A stretch of 64,000 nucleotides of DNA from Halarcobacter sp. (GTDB lineage Bacteria > Campylobacterota > Campylobacteria > Campylobacterales > Arcobacteraceae), in the NCBI GenBank assembly GCA_048571215.1, contig CP182352.1, forward strand, positions 832,001 through 896,000. The letters are read 5' to 3'. The notes below the pieces were generated by a model. That model saw only the letters and a list, made by a program, of their open reading frames with translations, did not search any database and had not been told where the DNA came from. The position numbers and the translations under genes were made by a program. The first letter of the stretch is position 1; each line of letters starts with the position of its first letter. Shown piece by piece: positions 10,154 through 21,164 of the stretch.

Positions 10154-11062
10154 ATGCAACACAAACTATTAAAAGTTAAAAAAATCTGTTTTTTTTGTTT
10201 ATTGTTTATTTTTTTGGATATTTGTCTTGCTGATAATATAAAAATTGAAATCCCTTCTAAGTTAGGCATTGGTCAAGCCTTTTTACTAAAGGTTTCATCT
10301 AAAGACAAAATCGATAAAATAATAATAAAATGGGATAAAAAATCGATAAAACCTTTTATAAAAGAATACAATGGATATTTTGAAGCTATGGAGATTCTTG
10401 GAATAGGTTTAAATAATAAACTAGGGAAATATCCCTTAAGTATTAAAGTGACACAAGATGGCAAAACTCAAAAAATCAATAGATTCATTGATATAATAGA
10501 TGTAAATTATGCTAGTGAAAAAATTTCAGTGAAACCAAGTTTAGTGAAACCTCCTAAAAAGTTAAACGAACGTTTAAAAAAAGAGCGTAAAGCTATACTT
10601 AATGCTATTAATACAAGAACTATAAAACAGTATTGGAAACTTCCATTTTATCGTCCAGTTGGTGGAATAATGTTAAGTCGTTTTGGTCTAAAGCGTACAT
10701 TTAATAAAGAGATAAAAAGACGACATAGAGGTCTTGATTTTCGAGCAAGAGAAGGTACACCAATACATAGTATTACAAATGGAAAGATAGTCTTAAGTGG
10801 AGAGTTTTATTTTTGTGGAAACGCTATAGTTATTGATCATGGAACTGGTTTGATATCTTTATATTGTCATATGTCCCAGTTATTTCTAAAAAAAGGTGAC
10901 TATGTAGTTTCTGGGCAAAAGATTGGTTTGGCAGGTTCCACAGGACGAGTAACAGCTGCACATTTACATCTATCAATGTATGCAAACGGAAGAGTAATAG
11001 ACCCTGAGCCATTTTTTAATAATACTTTGGATTCTTATAAACAATGGCAAAGTGAAAATTAA
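10154..11062 (+). CDS. Secreted M23-family metallopeptidase
   Basis: Signal peptide; HRGLD (HxxxD), IDHG, GSTGRVTAAHLH (HxH). Confidence 0.9.
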   Translation: MQHKLLKVKKICFFCLLFIFLDICLADNIKIEIPSKLGIGQAFLLKVSSKDKIDKIIIKWDKKSIKPFIKEYNGYFEAMEILGIGLNNKLGKYPLSIKVTQDGKTQKINRFIDIIDVNYASEKISVKPSLVKPPKKLNERLKKERKAILNAINTRTIKQYWKLPFYRPVGGIMLSRFGLKRTFNKEIKRRHRGLDFRAREGTPIHSITNGKIVLSGEFYFCGNAIVIDHGTGLISLYCHMSQLFLKKGDYVVSGQKIGLAGSTGRVTAAHLHLSMYANGRVIDPEPFFNNTLDSYKQWQSEN

Positions 11063-11234
11063 AATTTAGAGCTCTTAGTTATTCTTTTGTCTTTACAATT
11101 ATTAAAGTAAAAATTTATATAAATAAAATGACAATTTGTATAAAAATAGGTAAAATTTATTTTACTTTAATACTTATCGTAATATTATCATTTTTGTAAA
11201 ATAAATAAAAATATAAAAATAAGGTCTTAAAAAA

Positions 11235-13147
11235 GTGTTTAACAGTATTAGAAAAAAATTATTATCATTAGTTATATGCTCAGTACTTTTAATAGTAATT
11301 ATTACTACAGCTATTAGTATAAAATTAACCTATAGCAATAGTAATAAAACTTTAGTTGAGTTTGAAAACAGTATTGTAAATGAGAAGAAAGAGCTTCTAA
11401 AAAATGAAGTTTTAACTGTATATACAATTATCGAAGCGATTATTAAAAACTCTAAAGATATTGAGGAAGCAAAAAGGAAAGTTATTAGTGTTATTTCACA
11501 ATCAAGATTTTTAAAAGGAAGTGGTTATTTCTTTGCTTATGAAAAGATTGGAAATGATTATTATTTTGCATTCCATGGAACAAAATCACAGTTAAATGGA
11601 ACGAAAACTGATATCACAAAGACAGATATAAATGGTTTTCAGTTTAGAAAAGAGTTGATAGAAACGGCAAATAATGACAATAAATTTGTTGAATATTTTT
11701 ATAAAAAACCAAATACCAATGAGGTATTAAAGAAACTCTCTTTTTCAAAATATATTAAAGAGTTAAATTGGACTATTGTTACAGGTCTTTATGTTGATGA
11801 TATAGATAAAATGATTATAAAAGAGAAAAAGAGAATTGATGAAGATGTAAATACTTTGATTTTAACTCTTATATCAATAATAATAGTTTTATTCATTATT
11901 ACTGTAATAATAGTTGCTTATATCTCTAAAATTGCATTGATTAATCCTTTAGAAGTTTTTGAAAAAGGTTTATTGTCATTTTTATCATTTTTAAATAAAG
12001 AAAAAAAAGATGTTAATTTGATAAATGTCACTAGTAAAGATGAAATAGGTTTAATGACAAATAGAATAAATGAAAATATTCTTAAAATCAAAAAAACAAT
12101 ACAAGAAGATGATAAAGTTATTGAAGATGTAACAAAGATAGTAAATGAGGTAAGTCTGGAATCTTAACAAAAAAAGTTGAGGCAAAAACTTCTAATAGTG
12201 TAATTAGTGAGTTAACAAAAGAGTTGAATCTTATGATAGAAAATCTATATGGCACTATTAGTCACACAATTGATGTTTTAAAATCATATGAAAAAAGAGA
12301 TTTTACCAAACAAACTAATTTATCTTGTAAAGGTGAATTGTGTACATTGACAAGTGGAGTTAATAAATTAGGACAAGAGATATCTATTATGTTAAAAACA
12401 AATTTAGATAATTCAGAAGTTTTAGATAATAGTGCCAACGATTTAACTACAAATATGAATAGACTTACAGTTAGTGCAAATGAACAAGCAGCATCTTTGG
12501 AAGAAACAGCAGCCGCTTTAGAAGAGATAACAGAAACAATGAGAGCAAATTCCAATAATATAAATGAGCTCTCTTCAAATTCTATTTCACTTAGAGATGA
12601 AGTAAATATAGGTAAAGAATTATCTAGAAAAACGAGTAGTTCTATGGAAGAGATAAATATCAATGTAAATGCGATTACAGAATCTATTGCTATTATTGAT
12701 CAAATAGCATTTCAAACAAATATTCTATCACTAAATGCAGCTGTAGAAGCAGCAACAGCAGGTGAGGCAGGAAAAGGTTTTGCTGTTGTAGCAGGTGAGG
12801 TTAGAAATCTAGCAACAAGATCAGCAGAAGCTGCTAAAGAGATAAAAGAGTTAGTTCAAAATGCCACATCAAGTGCTACCGAAGGTAAAGATATAGTCAA
12901 TAGTATGTATGAGGGATATGAAAAACTAAATAATAATATTATAAATACTACATCGATTGTCCAAACTGTTACAGTTAATGCTAAAGAACAAATGACAGGA
13001 GTTGAACAAATAAATTCAGCTGTGGGTCAGTTGGATAAAACAACACAAGAAAATGCAGCAATTGCTTCTGAAATAAATGAAGTAGTTAAAAATGTGCATA
13101 ATATGGCTGATGAGATTGTAAAAGAAGTACAAAAATCAAAATTTTAA
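11235..13147 (+). pseudogene. Cache-domain methyl-accepting chemotaxis protein split by a -1 frameshift
   Basis: ORF 11235-12167 has TM-Cache-TM-HAMP; ORF 12224-13147 has [17 protein letters not shown]; frames overlap openly only at 12149-12167. Confidence 0.85.
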
Positions 13148-13184
13148 AGATAAGTAGATAAAAAAATAGGGGGAATTAGAAGGC

Positions 13185-13205
13185 AAAGCAGCCATAGGCT
13201 GCTTT
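13185..13205. terminator. Hairpin between convergent MCP and csp genes
   Basis: AAAGCAGCC-ATA-GGCTGCTTT. Confidence 0.65.
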
Positions 13206-13216
13206 AAGAGATGGTG

Positions 13217-13435
13217 TTACAGTGCAGTAACGTTTTCTGCTTGAAGACCTTTTTCTCCTTGAGCTACCTCAAAAGAAACTTTTTGACCTTCGTCTAATGA
13301 TACTCTACCATATCCACTGTTATTAATTTGTCTGTAGTGTACGAATACATCTTTTCCACCATTTTCTTGTTCGATAAATCCGAAACCTTTTTCGCTATTG
13401 AACCATTTTACAGTTCCGTTTACTAATGTTGCCAT
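13217..13435 (-). CDS. Cold-shock protein (CspA family)
   Basis: [21 protein letters not shown]. Confidence 0.95.
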   Translation of the reverse strand: MATLVNGTVKWFNSEKGFGFIEQENGGKDVFVHYRQINNSGYGRVSLDEGQKVSFEVAQGEKGLQAENVTAL

Positions 13436-13587
13436 TGTTTTTCCTTAAGTGTTTAATTGGTGCCTAAATTAGGCGGTCTAAAAATATAATATGAAGTTTT
13501 CTTTTAAGATCTAAATTTACTGTTAACAAGAAGTCATCAAAATAAAGCAGACTAAAGATGTAACTCGAATCATCTTTTTGTGACAGT

Positions 13588-13616
13588 ATTGTATCTTAAA
13601 AAAATATAAAATGCAA
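13588..13616 (-). promoter_or_regulatory. Putative sigma70 promoter for csp, giving a ~145-nt 5' UTR
   Basis: Minus strand TTGCAT-N17-TACAAT. Confidence 0.55.
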
Positions 13617-13737
13617 GTAAAGTGTGAAAATAAAGTAAAAAGTAATGAAATTCTCACTTTTTAGCCTAAAAGTTATATAAAAACTAATTAGTAGTAGTAT
13701 TATAAATATAATTTTGTATAATAAAAAAAGGGTAGAT

Positions 13738-14175
13738 ATGGATGAGTTTTTAGAAGCTGCTATAGAAGAGGCTAAAAAAGGTTTTAAACAAGGTGGGATT
13801 CCTATTGGTTCTGTACTTGTTATTGATGGTAAGATAGTTGGAAGGGGACATAATAAAAGAGTACAAAATGGAAGTGCTATATTACATGCAGAGATGGATT
13901 GTTTAGAAAATGCTGGAAGAATAAAAGCTAGTGATTATAAAAGAGCAATCTTATATTCTACCTTATCCCCATGTGATATGTGTAGTGGTGCTGTTTTATT
14001 ATATGGGATACCAAAAATAGTTGTTGGAGAGAATAAAACATTTAAAGGACCAGAAGAGTACGTGAAATCTCGTGGAGTGGAAGTAGAAGTGGTAGATAAT
14101 CAAGAGTGTATTAAACTTATGGAAGATTTTATTGAAAATAACTCAAAACTTTGGAATGAAGATATTGGAGTATAA
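13738..14175 (+). CDS. Zinc-dependent nucleoside/cytosine deaminase (CDA fold)
   Basis: HAE and PCDMC motifs; ATG at 13738 preferred. Confidence 0.88.
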   Translation: MDEFLEAAIEEAKKGFKQGGIPIGSVLVIDGKIVGRGHNKRVQNGSAILHAEMDCLENAGRIKASDYKRAILYSTLSPCDMCSGAVLLYGIPKIVVGENKTFKGPEEYVKSRGVEVEVVDNQECIKLMEDFIENNSKLWNEDIGV

Positions 14176-14181
14176 TATTTT

Positions 14182-14655
14182 ATGAATAAGATAAAACTAT
14201 TTTGTGATGGAAGTGTTAATCCCCAAAAGAAAACAGGCTTTGCAGCTTATTTTATATATGATAAAAATCTTACTTGCCAAAACATAAATTTAAAAAAATT
14301 TGAAAACACCTCTTCAACTAAATTAGAACTTGAGGCTTTGCTTTGGGCACTAGAAGATGAAACTTTGAAAAATAAGCAGATAACTGTTTATACAGATTGT
14401 CAAAATATTTTAGGATTGTTTAATAGAAAAGAGAAATTAGAAAAAAATTCTTATCTTACAAGTACAGGAAAAACTGTTAAAAACCATGAGCTTTATAAAG
14501 AGTTTTTTACCCAATGTGATAAACTTGATATTTGTTTTGAAAAGGTAGAAGGTCATAAAAAATCTTCATTAAAAAATGAGATTGATAATCTTTTCAATCT
14601 AGTTGATAAAGCTTCAAGAAAAGCATTAAGGGAGTATCTTATTCCCAAATATTGA
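14182..14655 (+). CDS. Ribonuclease HI family protein
   Basis: FCDGS, ELEA, YTDCQ, KVEGH, D..SR acidic catalytic set. Confidence 0.85.
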   Translation: MNKIKLFCDGSVNPQKKTGFAAYFIYDKNLTCQNINLKKFENTSSTKLELEALLWALEDETLKNKQITVYTDCQNILGLFNRKEKLEKNSYLTSTGKTVKNHELYKEFFTQCDKLDICFEKVEGHKKSSLKNEIDNLFNLVDKASRKALREYLIPKY

Positions 14656-15667
14656 TATCAATCCCTTTTTCTCTTATGGCAGTTGAGCGTTTAGTAAGAT
14701 ATCTTTGAAACTCTTTTTCTTTTTTAAAAGCATCACTTGCCACATAATCAACTATAGATTGAAAATGGTAGTTTTTTAGTATCGCTTCAACCCTTATGAT
14801 TTCATTTGCTTTTTCATCAAAAAATATTACAGTTGGAATATGGGTAATATTTAACTGTTTTGCCCAATCTTTTATTTTGATAATCATTTTTTGAGGGTTT
14901 ACTATAGATTTTGATGAATTCATATTTACTTGATATAAGTCTAATTTTTTTAAAAGTTTTCTTGTGGTTTTATCTTTTAGAAGTTTGTTATGAAGTGTTT
15001 CACATTGGGGACAATTAGGGGTTTCGAAAAATACTGCCATCTTTTTAGCATCACTAGCTCTCATGAAGTTTTTTGAATCTTTGAATAAATCAGCTTCTTT
15101 TATCAAAATATCATTTTTATTAGTTTTATTATTTTTAGATAAAAACTCTTTATAGCTTAGCTCTTTTTCTTTTTTTGATATGATATAGTCTAAAGCAAGG
15201 TTAAATTGGGGAATATCAATATATCCATTTAGTCTTAGGATCTGTTTTTTATTTTCATCATAAAATATTAATGTTGGAGTGAATTGTATTTTATGTTTTA
15301 TTGCAAACTCTTTTTCTGTAAGCTCTTCTCCATCGATATCAACCATCTCTTTGCTACCAAACATATTTATATCTATTACACCAAAATATTTTAAAAGTTT
15401 TTCTTTTGTTTTCTTATCATTTAAGTTTTTTGTAACAAAAGCATTACAATATGGGCATCCATCTTGTTCAATAAAAAGCATAAGTCTTTTATTTTCTAAG
15501 GCTAAGGTTTCAATATCATCTGAGAGTTCAAGAAAACTGTTTAAAAACCAAGTGGGCATAGTAGTTTGTTTCCCACCAATAAATTTACCCATCTCTTTTT
15601 CTTGGGCATAAAGTGTTGATGTAATTAGAAAAAAGGTAAAAAAAGTGATAATTATTTTTCTTAACAT
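14639..15667 (-). CDS. Periplasmic tandem thioredoxin-fold protein (SoxW-like)
   Basis: Signal peptide; WFLNSFLEL, CPYC and CPQC, FTPT, RLNGY. Confidence 0.8.
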   Translation of the reverse strand: MLRKIIITFFTFFLITSTLYAQEKEMGKFIGGKQTTMPTWFLNSFLELSDDIETLALENKRLMLFIEQDGCPYCNAFVTKNLNDKKTKEKLLKYFGVIDINMFGSKEMVDIDGEELTEKEFAIKHKIQFTPTLIFYDENKKQILRLNGYIDIPQFNLALDYIISKKEKELSYKEFLSKNNKTNKNDILIKEADLFKDSKNFMRASDAKKMAVFFETPNCPQCETLHNKLLKDKTTRKLLKKLDLYQVNMNSSKSIVNPQKMIIKIKDWAKQLNITHIPTVIFFDEKANEIIRVEAILKNYHFQSIVDYVASDAFKKEKEFQRYLTKRSTAIREKGIDINIWE

Positions 15668-15803
15668 AATAAACTCCTTATTTGAAGTTGATTTAATGCT
15701 AACATAGCTAGCTTAAAAATCACTTTTAAATTTATTTTTAACTTATCTAATTAAACTAAGAACCAACAAGATATAATTTTGAAGATTTATAAAGGGATTT
15801 AAA

Positions 15804-16358
15804 ATGATTTTATATATACATGGATTTGGAAGTAGTGGAAATGGTGGTAAGGCAACACTTTTTAGGGAATATTTTGAAGATGAAGTAATAGCTCCATCTT
15901 TATCTTATGTTCCCAATTTGGCAATTGATACTTTAGAACAAATAATTGAAATGCTTCAAGCCAAAAATGAAAAGGTAGCTTTAGTAGGATCCTCTTTAGG
16001 TGGATATTATGCAATTTATTTAGCAAATAAATATGATTTGAAAGCTGTATTAATAAACCCTTCAATTTACCCATATAAAACCTTGGACAAAATTGGAATG
16101 GCAATGAATTATTATGATATGTCCTCTTTTGAAGTAACAGCAGAACATATCCAAGCATTAAAAGGTTTTGAAGTAAAAACAATAAAAAAACAAGAAAATT
16201 TTATGACACTTTTACAAACAGAAGATGAGGTGTTGGATTATACACAAGCAGAAGAAAAATTAAGTGATAGTGAACTAATAATAGAAGAGGGTGGAAATCA
16301 CTCTTTTGAAAATATTGAGAGTTACTTTAGAAAGATAGGTGGTTTTTTACATATGTAA
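15804..16358 (+). CDS. YqiA/YcfP alpha/beta hydrolase (esterase)
   Basis: YIHGF, GSSLGG, DEVLD, GGNHSF. Confidence 0.9.
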   Translation: MILYIHGFGSSGNGGKATLFREYFEDEVIAPSLSYVPNLAIDTLEQIIEMLQAKNEKVALVGSSLGGYYAIYLANKYDLKAVLINPSIYPYKTLDKIGMAMNYYDMSSFEVTAEHIQALKGFEVKTIKKQENFMTLLQTEDEVLDYTQAEEKLSDSELIIEEGGNHSFENIESYFRKIGGFLHM

Positions 16359-16382
16359 ATAGTAAGCTTAAAGCTTACTATT

Positions 16383-17306
16383 TTACTCACCTTTAATTTT
16401 ATTTAAATCAAGTCCAAATGCTTTGAAATTTGATTCTACAGAGTGTTTTTCTTCATGTACTTTTGAATTATAATGTCCCATTTCTTCTTTTGGAAGTAAA
16501 TGGTCTTTTAAATTGAAACTAGCTCTTGGTTGTGCGTCAACATAAAGTGCTACGTCAGCAGCTTCTTGATCACTTAATGTTCCACCTTGACCAAATGGCA
16601 TATTTTCTTGAATCCAAGCTGGAGCTTTGTTAAGTTTACTCATACCAGCACCTGTATTATAAGATAACCATTTATCATTTTTATCTTGTCCCCATAATGG
16701 AGGAAAAGCTGCAATACCTTCACCATTCATACCATGACATGATGCACATTTTGTTTCAAATATTTTTTTACCAGCTAGATAGTTTTTATGAGTAGCTTTT
16801 CTTTGAATAGCTGCAAATTTCTTTTGATGTGATGCCCATCTTTTACTTGTAAGTACACTACATGGTCTATGTTCTTCCATTTGTATTGGAAATCCAGTAG
16901 AAAGCCATGTGATATAAGCAGCCATAGCAATAGATGCTTCTGTATCAATAATTGGTCTTTTCCCATCCATACTTCTCATATAACAGTTATTGATTCTGTC
17001 TTGTAATGTTTGTAATGTTTTTTCTCTTTTTGAAAATGCAGGAAAAGATGCAGCTGTTCCTCTAAATGTACCTACTGTAGTCATAGTTCCAGGTTTCCCA
17101 TCTTTTCCTGGAAGGTGACAACTTTTACATTGTAGGTTGTTTCCTACTAAGTCTTTTGTTAAGGGGTGTGTATTAGTTTCATTCATAATAGCTTCACCTA
17201 ATTTTACCATTCTTCCTAATTCACCATCTGGGTATGTTTGTGGTACATTAGGTGTTTGTGCAAACATTAGTGTTGATACTAAACCTACTAATAAAATTGA
17301 TTTCAT
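16383..17306 (-). CDS. tsdA: Diheme c-type cytochrome, thiosulfate dehydrogenase/tetrathionate reductase TsdA family
   Basis: Signal peptide; CKSCH and CASCH; RINNCYMRSMDG active-site Cys motif; PPLWG; NMP. Confidence 0.8.
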   Translation of the reverse strand: MKSILLVGLVSTLMFAQTPNVPQTYPDGELGRMVKLGEAIMNETNTHPLTKDLVGNNLQCKSCHLPGKDGKPGTMTTVGTFRGTAASFPAFSKREKTLQTLQDRINNCYMRSMDGKRPIIDTEASIAMAAYITWLSTGFPIQMEEHRPCSVLTSKRWASHQKKFAAIQRKATHKNYLAGKKIFETKCASCHGMNGEGIAAFPPLWGQDKNDKWLSYNTGAGMSKLNKAPAWIQENMPFGQGGTLSDQEAADVALYVDAQPRASFNLKDHLLPKEEMGHYNSKVHEEKHSVESNFKAFGLDLNKIKGE

Positions 17307-17381
17307 GATATCTCCTTTTTTATCTATGAATAGATTATACAAAAATAAAGTTACTTTTGTGTATATTTTAAAGTATTAAAA

Positions 17382-18509
17382 TTAAGTAGAGGTTAAGAAT
17401 GTATATTTAAACTTAGTACCACTGTGTTTTTCTGATTGTACTTCTATTTTTATCTGATTTTCATCACAAATATTTTTTACAATATTTAGACCAAGACCTA
17501 TCCCTTTGATAGAGTTTTCTTTATAGTATCTATTAAATATAGCCTTTTTATCCTTTATGGTTTTACCTATATTATGAACACTAAAAATCAAATTCTCTTC
17601 TTTTTTATATAACTTAATAGTTATAGTAGTGTTTTTATTAGAATATTTTATAGCATTAGAGATTGTATTATCTATAATTCTTTGAAGATGTATTCTATTT
17701 AGATTTATTTGTATATTTGGTTCAATTTGTGTATCAAAATTAAGATTTTTTGCCACTGTTAAACTTTCAAATTGATCAATTCTTTGCCATAAAAGATATG
17801 AAAACTCTATTTGCTCTTTGTTATAACTTACACTTTTTTGTTTAATCAAGTACTCAATATCTTCATAAACTAGAAGTAGGTTTTTTGTTGCATTTATAGA
17901 GCGTTCTATCTCCTTTGTTTTTGCTTGTTTCTCTTGTAAAATTTCTAAGTTCAATTGGATAATCCCTAAGGGAGTTTTTAGTTCATGCATAGCGTCATTG
18001 AAAAATGCATCAAGATATTCATTCACTTTTTTATAGGGCTCAATACTAGCTTTTATGATTAAAAATATGGAGATAAAGATAAATAAAGAGATGCAAATGA
18101 CAAGTATTAATATCTTTAGATAGATTCTTTTATAGGAAATCTCTTTTATAAGAGTGAGATTTTTTGCATTGAGTCTATTCTCTGCTAAATTTATATCTAA
18201 TCTAATGCTTTTTTTAAAATTTTTTTCATCATTTATTTTATAGAGTGTTTTTGAGTTTGAATCTTTTACTATCACTTTATACTTAAAAGATTTAGGAAAA
18301 ATAAAAGTGTCATTTGTAGAGCTTGAAAAATCATATATAGCCCTTTGGATTTTATTTGCATATTGACTTATAACTCTATTTTGATAGCTATTATAGTTTT
18401 TTATTTCAATCTGCATATAAAAGTAGCTAGGAATGGCTATAAATATAAAAAAAATTATAGTATATATGATTGATATATTAAGAATATAATCTTTATTTTT
18501 CTTCAACAA
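17382..18509 (-). CDS. Sensor histidine kinase
   Basis: Two TMs, HELKTP, NAIKY, GIGLGL. Confidence 0.93.
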   Translation of the reverse strand: MLKKNKDYILNISIIYTIIFFIFIAIPSYFYMQIEIKNYNSYQNRVISQYANKIQRAIYDFSSSTNDTFIFPKSFKYKVIVKDSNSKTLYKINDEKNFKKSIRLDINLAENRLNAKNLTLIKEISYKRIYLKILILVICISLFIFISIFLIIKASIEPYKKVNEYLDAFFNDAMHELKTPLGIIQLNLEILQEKQAKTKEIERSINATKNLLLVYEDIEYLIKQKSVSYNKEQIEFSYLLWQRIDQFESLTVAKNLNFDTQIEPNIQINLNRIHLQRIIDNTISNAIKYSNKNTTITIKLYKKEENLIFSVHNIGKTIKDKKAIFNRYYKENSIKGIGLGLNIVKNICDENQIKIEVQSEKHSGTKFKYTFLTST

Positions 18510-19158
18510 TTTTATATCCTAAGCCTCTTTGATTTATAATAAAATCTTTAGAAGTTTTATCTCTGATTTTTTTTATGCAAACTCTTATATCAGCTTCACA
18601 AATAAATCTATCTTCCCAAATCTCTTCCCTTAATCTATCTATTGAGATAAATTGGTTTAGATTTGAGATAAGACAAAAAACCACTTCAGTTTGTTTTTTT
18701 GTTAGCTTAATAACTTCATCATCATTTTTATATAACTCTTTTTTGATAATATCGTAGCTGATATTAAAATTTAAGTTTATTTTTTGCTGGTTTTGAGAAT
18801 AAAAAAGTTTTGTAAGTTGTTCTATTCTATATTTTAATTCTTTAGGTGAAAAAGGTTTTTTTATATAATCATTACAACCAAGTTCATAACCTAAACTCAG
18901 GTTATTTATATCCGTTAAAGATGTTATATATATTACCGGAGTAGTATCTCCTTCTTCTCTTATATTTTTTACTAGTTCATAACCATTTAGCCTAGGAACT
19001 CTAATATCTAAAATCAAAATATGATATTTGTTTTCATAAATCGCTTCTAATGCTTCTTGCCCATCTTCAAAGCAATCAACACTATAATCAAAGGATTCTA
19101 AATAATCTTTTATGGATTGGTTATACTCTAAATCATCTTCTAATAGTAGTAGTTTCAT
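18493..19158 (-). CDS. OmpR-family response regulator
   Basis: LLEDD, ILD, KPF, winged-helix RGLGY. Confidence 0.93.
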   Translation of the reverse strand: MKLLLLEDDLEYNQSIKDYLESFDYSVDCFEDGQEALEAIYENKYHILILDIRVPRLNGYELVKNIREEGDTTPVIYITSLTDINNLSLGYELGCNDYIKKPFSPKELKYRIEQLTKLFYSQNQQKINLNFNISYDIIKKELYKNDDEVIKLTKKQTEVVFCLISNLNQFISIDRLREEIWEDRFICEADIRVCIKKIRDKTSKDFIINQRGLGYKIVEEK

Positions 19159-20048
19159 TGTATAATCACCTTTGAGTCTTTTTGTTTATGATGAATATAT
19201 TCAAAAGAATTATTTAACTCTATGCTGTGTTTATTTCTAATACCTATTAAAATATATCCTAATTTTTTTTGTTTTAAATCATAATATGAAAAATAGCTAA
19301 AAACCATATCTTTACTTGAAATATAACCATAATCATTTAGATTTGATAGATTTAAATTATTTAAAAGAGTACTATTTGAGTTATTTACTAATACAAATTT
19401 ATCAATAGTGGAATTGTTTTTTAATTTACTAGCAATATCTAAATATTTTTTATCTAATAAAATAAAAAGTTCATAAGCTCTTTGTTTTATTTGATTTGTT
19501 AGATGTTCAAAACCAACAATTGTTTCAATACTTCCTATCATTTTATTTTGATAGATAATGGGAGAGATAGCTTTTATATTTAATCGTTTACCAAGCTCTA
19601 TAGATACAATAGGTTTTTTTGTTTTATAAACCTTTACTAAGCCCTGTCTAAAAGAGTTTAAAGGTATATCTTTTTTACTAATATCCCAACTTCTTAGATA
19701 TGTTGTTAAATCTTTATTATGTATTTGTACATCAACTTTACTATTTTGAATATCTTTTAAATGTTTTAATTTTTTATTTACAATCTTAAAACTTTCAATT
19801 CTATTTTTTTGTATAAAGCTATTTATTATCTCTTTATCTTCTGAAAGAAGTATTGATAAAGATAGGGCATAACGCTTTTGTTCTTCTAAAAGATTTTTGG
19901 TAATAATCAAACCATCTTCAAGTTGAGTTAAAACCTCTTCACTTTTATCTAGTTTTGTTAGGGTATAAAATATAAAACTCAAAAGTATCAGAGCTAAGAT
20001 GGAAATAATTAAAATATATCTAGTTATTTTAGAGTAAGGAGATTTCAA
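19155..20048 (-). CDS. Membrane-anchored stand-alone Cache-domain protein
   Basis: Single N-terminal TM; YLRSWD, SFRQG, IKAISPI resemble dCache_3; no output domain. Confidence 0.7.
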   Translation of the reverse strand: MKSPYSKITRYILIISILALILLSFIFYTLTKLDKSEEVLTQLEDGLIITKNLLEEQKRYALSLSILLSEDKEIINSFIQKNRIESFKIVNKKLKHLKDIQNSKVDVQIHNKDLTTYLRSWDISKKDIPLNSFRQGLVKVYKTKKPIVSIELGKRLNIKAISPIIYQNKMIGSIETIVGFEHLTNQIKQRAYELFILLDKKYLDIASKLKNNSTIDKFVLVNNSNSTLLNNLNLSNLNDYGYISSKDMVFSYFSYYDLKQKKLGYILIGIRNKHSIELNNSFEYIHHKQKDSKVIIQ

Positions 20049-20168
20049 AATGTATACCTATAATGTCTATTTTTATAAAATATAACTAAAATTAGATAAA
20101 AGGTGAATACTTTTTATAAAGGCAAGCTAATGATTAAGGAAAAATTAAAAAATCATTAGCTAAATATC

Positions 20169-21164
20169 TTATTTCTCTTCTGTATAAATCTCATCAAGTA
20201 AGCTATCAACAAAGTTATCAGGACTAAATTCAACTAAATCATTTGCACTCTCACCAATACCCACATAAAAAATTGGAAGTTCTAGTTGATTTGAGATAGA
20301 AAATAATGCTCCACCTTTTGCAGTACCATCAAGTTTTGTAACAATGATACCATCAATTCCAACCATCTCATTAAATGCTTTTGCTTGTGCAATTGCTGAG
20401 TTTCCTTGAGTACCATCTAGTATCATAAGTTTTTGATGAGGTGCATTCTCTTTAGCTTTTCCACATACTTTAACTATTTTTTTAAGTTCATTACTTAGGT
20501 TTGTTTGGGTTTGTAAACGTCCTGCTGTATCAATAATAACATTATCAATATCTCTTGCAATTGCAGATGAAATAGTATCATATGCAACTGCACTTGCATC
20601 ATGACCTTGTTTTGTTTTTATAATTGGCACATCTATTTTTTCTGCCCAAGTTGCTAGTTGTTCAATAGCTGCAGCTCTAAAAGTATCACCAGCTCCTAAA
20701 ATAACCGTTTTACCTTCTTTTTTACTTCTATTTGCAAGTTTAGCAATAGTAGTAGTTTTACCTGCACCATTTACACCAATGATTAATCTTACAAATGGTT
20801 TTGGAAGATTCTCTAAATCAACTTCTGGTGCATGTTCAAAAAGCATTACAAGTCTATGTCTTAATTGTTTTCTTGTAATCTCAGTTGGAAGTCCATCCAT
20901 AGCTTTTTCTATAATCTCATATTCCATATCTGCTTCAATTAGAAGCTCTTCTATATCATCAAAAGCAATTTTTTCTTTTTTTTGTGGAACTACTGATTTA
21001 ATATTATCAAAGGTTTTAGATAGTGCTTTTGAGAAAAATCCTTTTGAATTTTCCTCTTCTACACTCTGTATTTTCTCTTTATCAATTTTATTCTCTTCTG
21101 ATTCTTGATTGTTTTGTTTTTCAATCTCTTCAGTATCTTTTTTTTTCTTTAAAAAACTAAACAT
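20169..21164 (-). CDS. ftsY: Signal recognition particle receptor FtsY
   Basis: GVNGAGKTT, DTFRAAA, DTAGR, TKLDGTAKGG. Confidence 0.97.
   Translation of the reverse strand: MFSFLKKKKDTEEIEKQNNQESEENKIDKEKIQSVEEENSKGFFSKALSKTFDNIKSVVPQKKEKIAFDDIEELLIEADMEYEIIEKAMDGLPTEITRKQLRHRLVMLFEHAPEVDLENLPKPFVRLIIGVNGAGKTTTIAKLANRSKKEGKTVILGAGDTFRAAAIEQLATWAEKIDVPIIKTKQGHDASAVAYDTISSAIARDIDNVIIDTAGRLQTQTNLSNELKKIVKVCGKAKENAPHQKLMILDGTQGNSAIAQAKAFNEMVGIDGIIVTKLDGTAKGGALFSISNQLELPIFYVGIGESANDLVEFSPDNFVDSLLDEIYTEEK

Noticed and set aside
12169..12175. Phase-variable poly-A tract in the MCP
   Set aside because: The tract is short and lies downstream of the premature stop, so a length change would not restore the frame.
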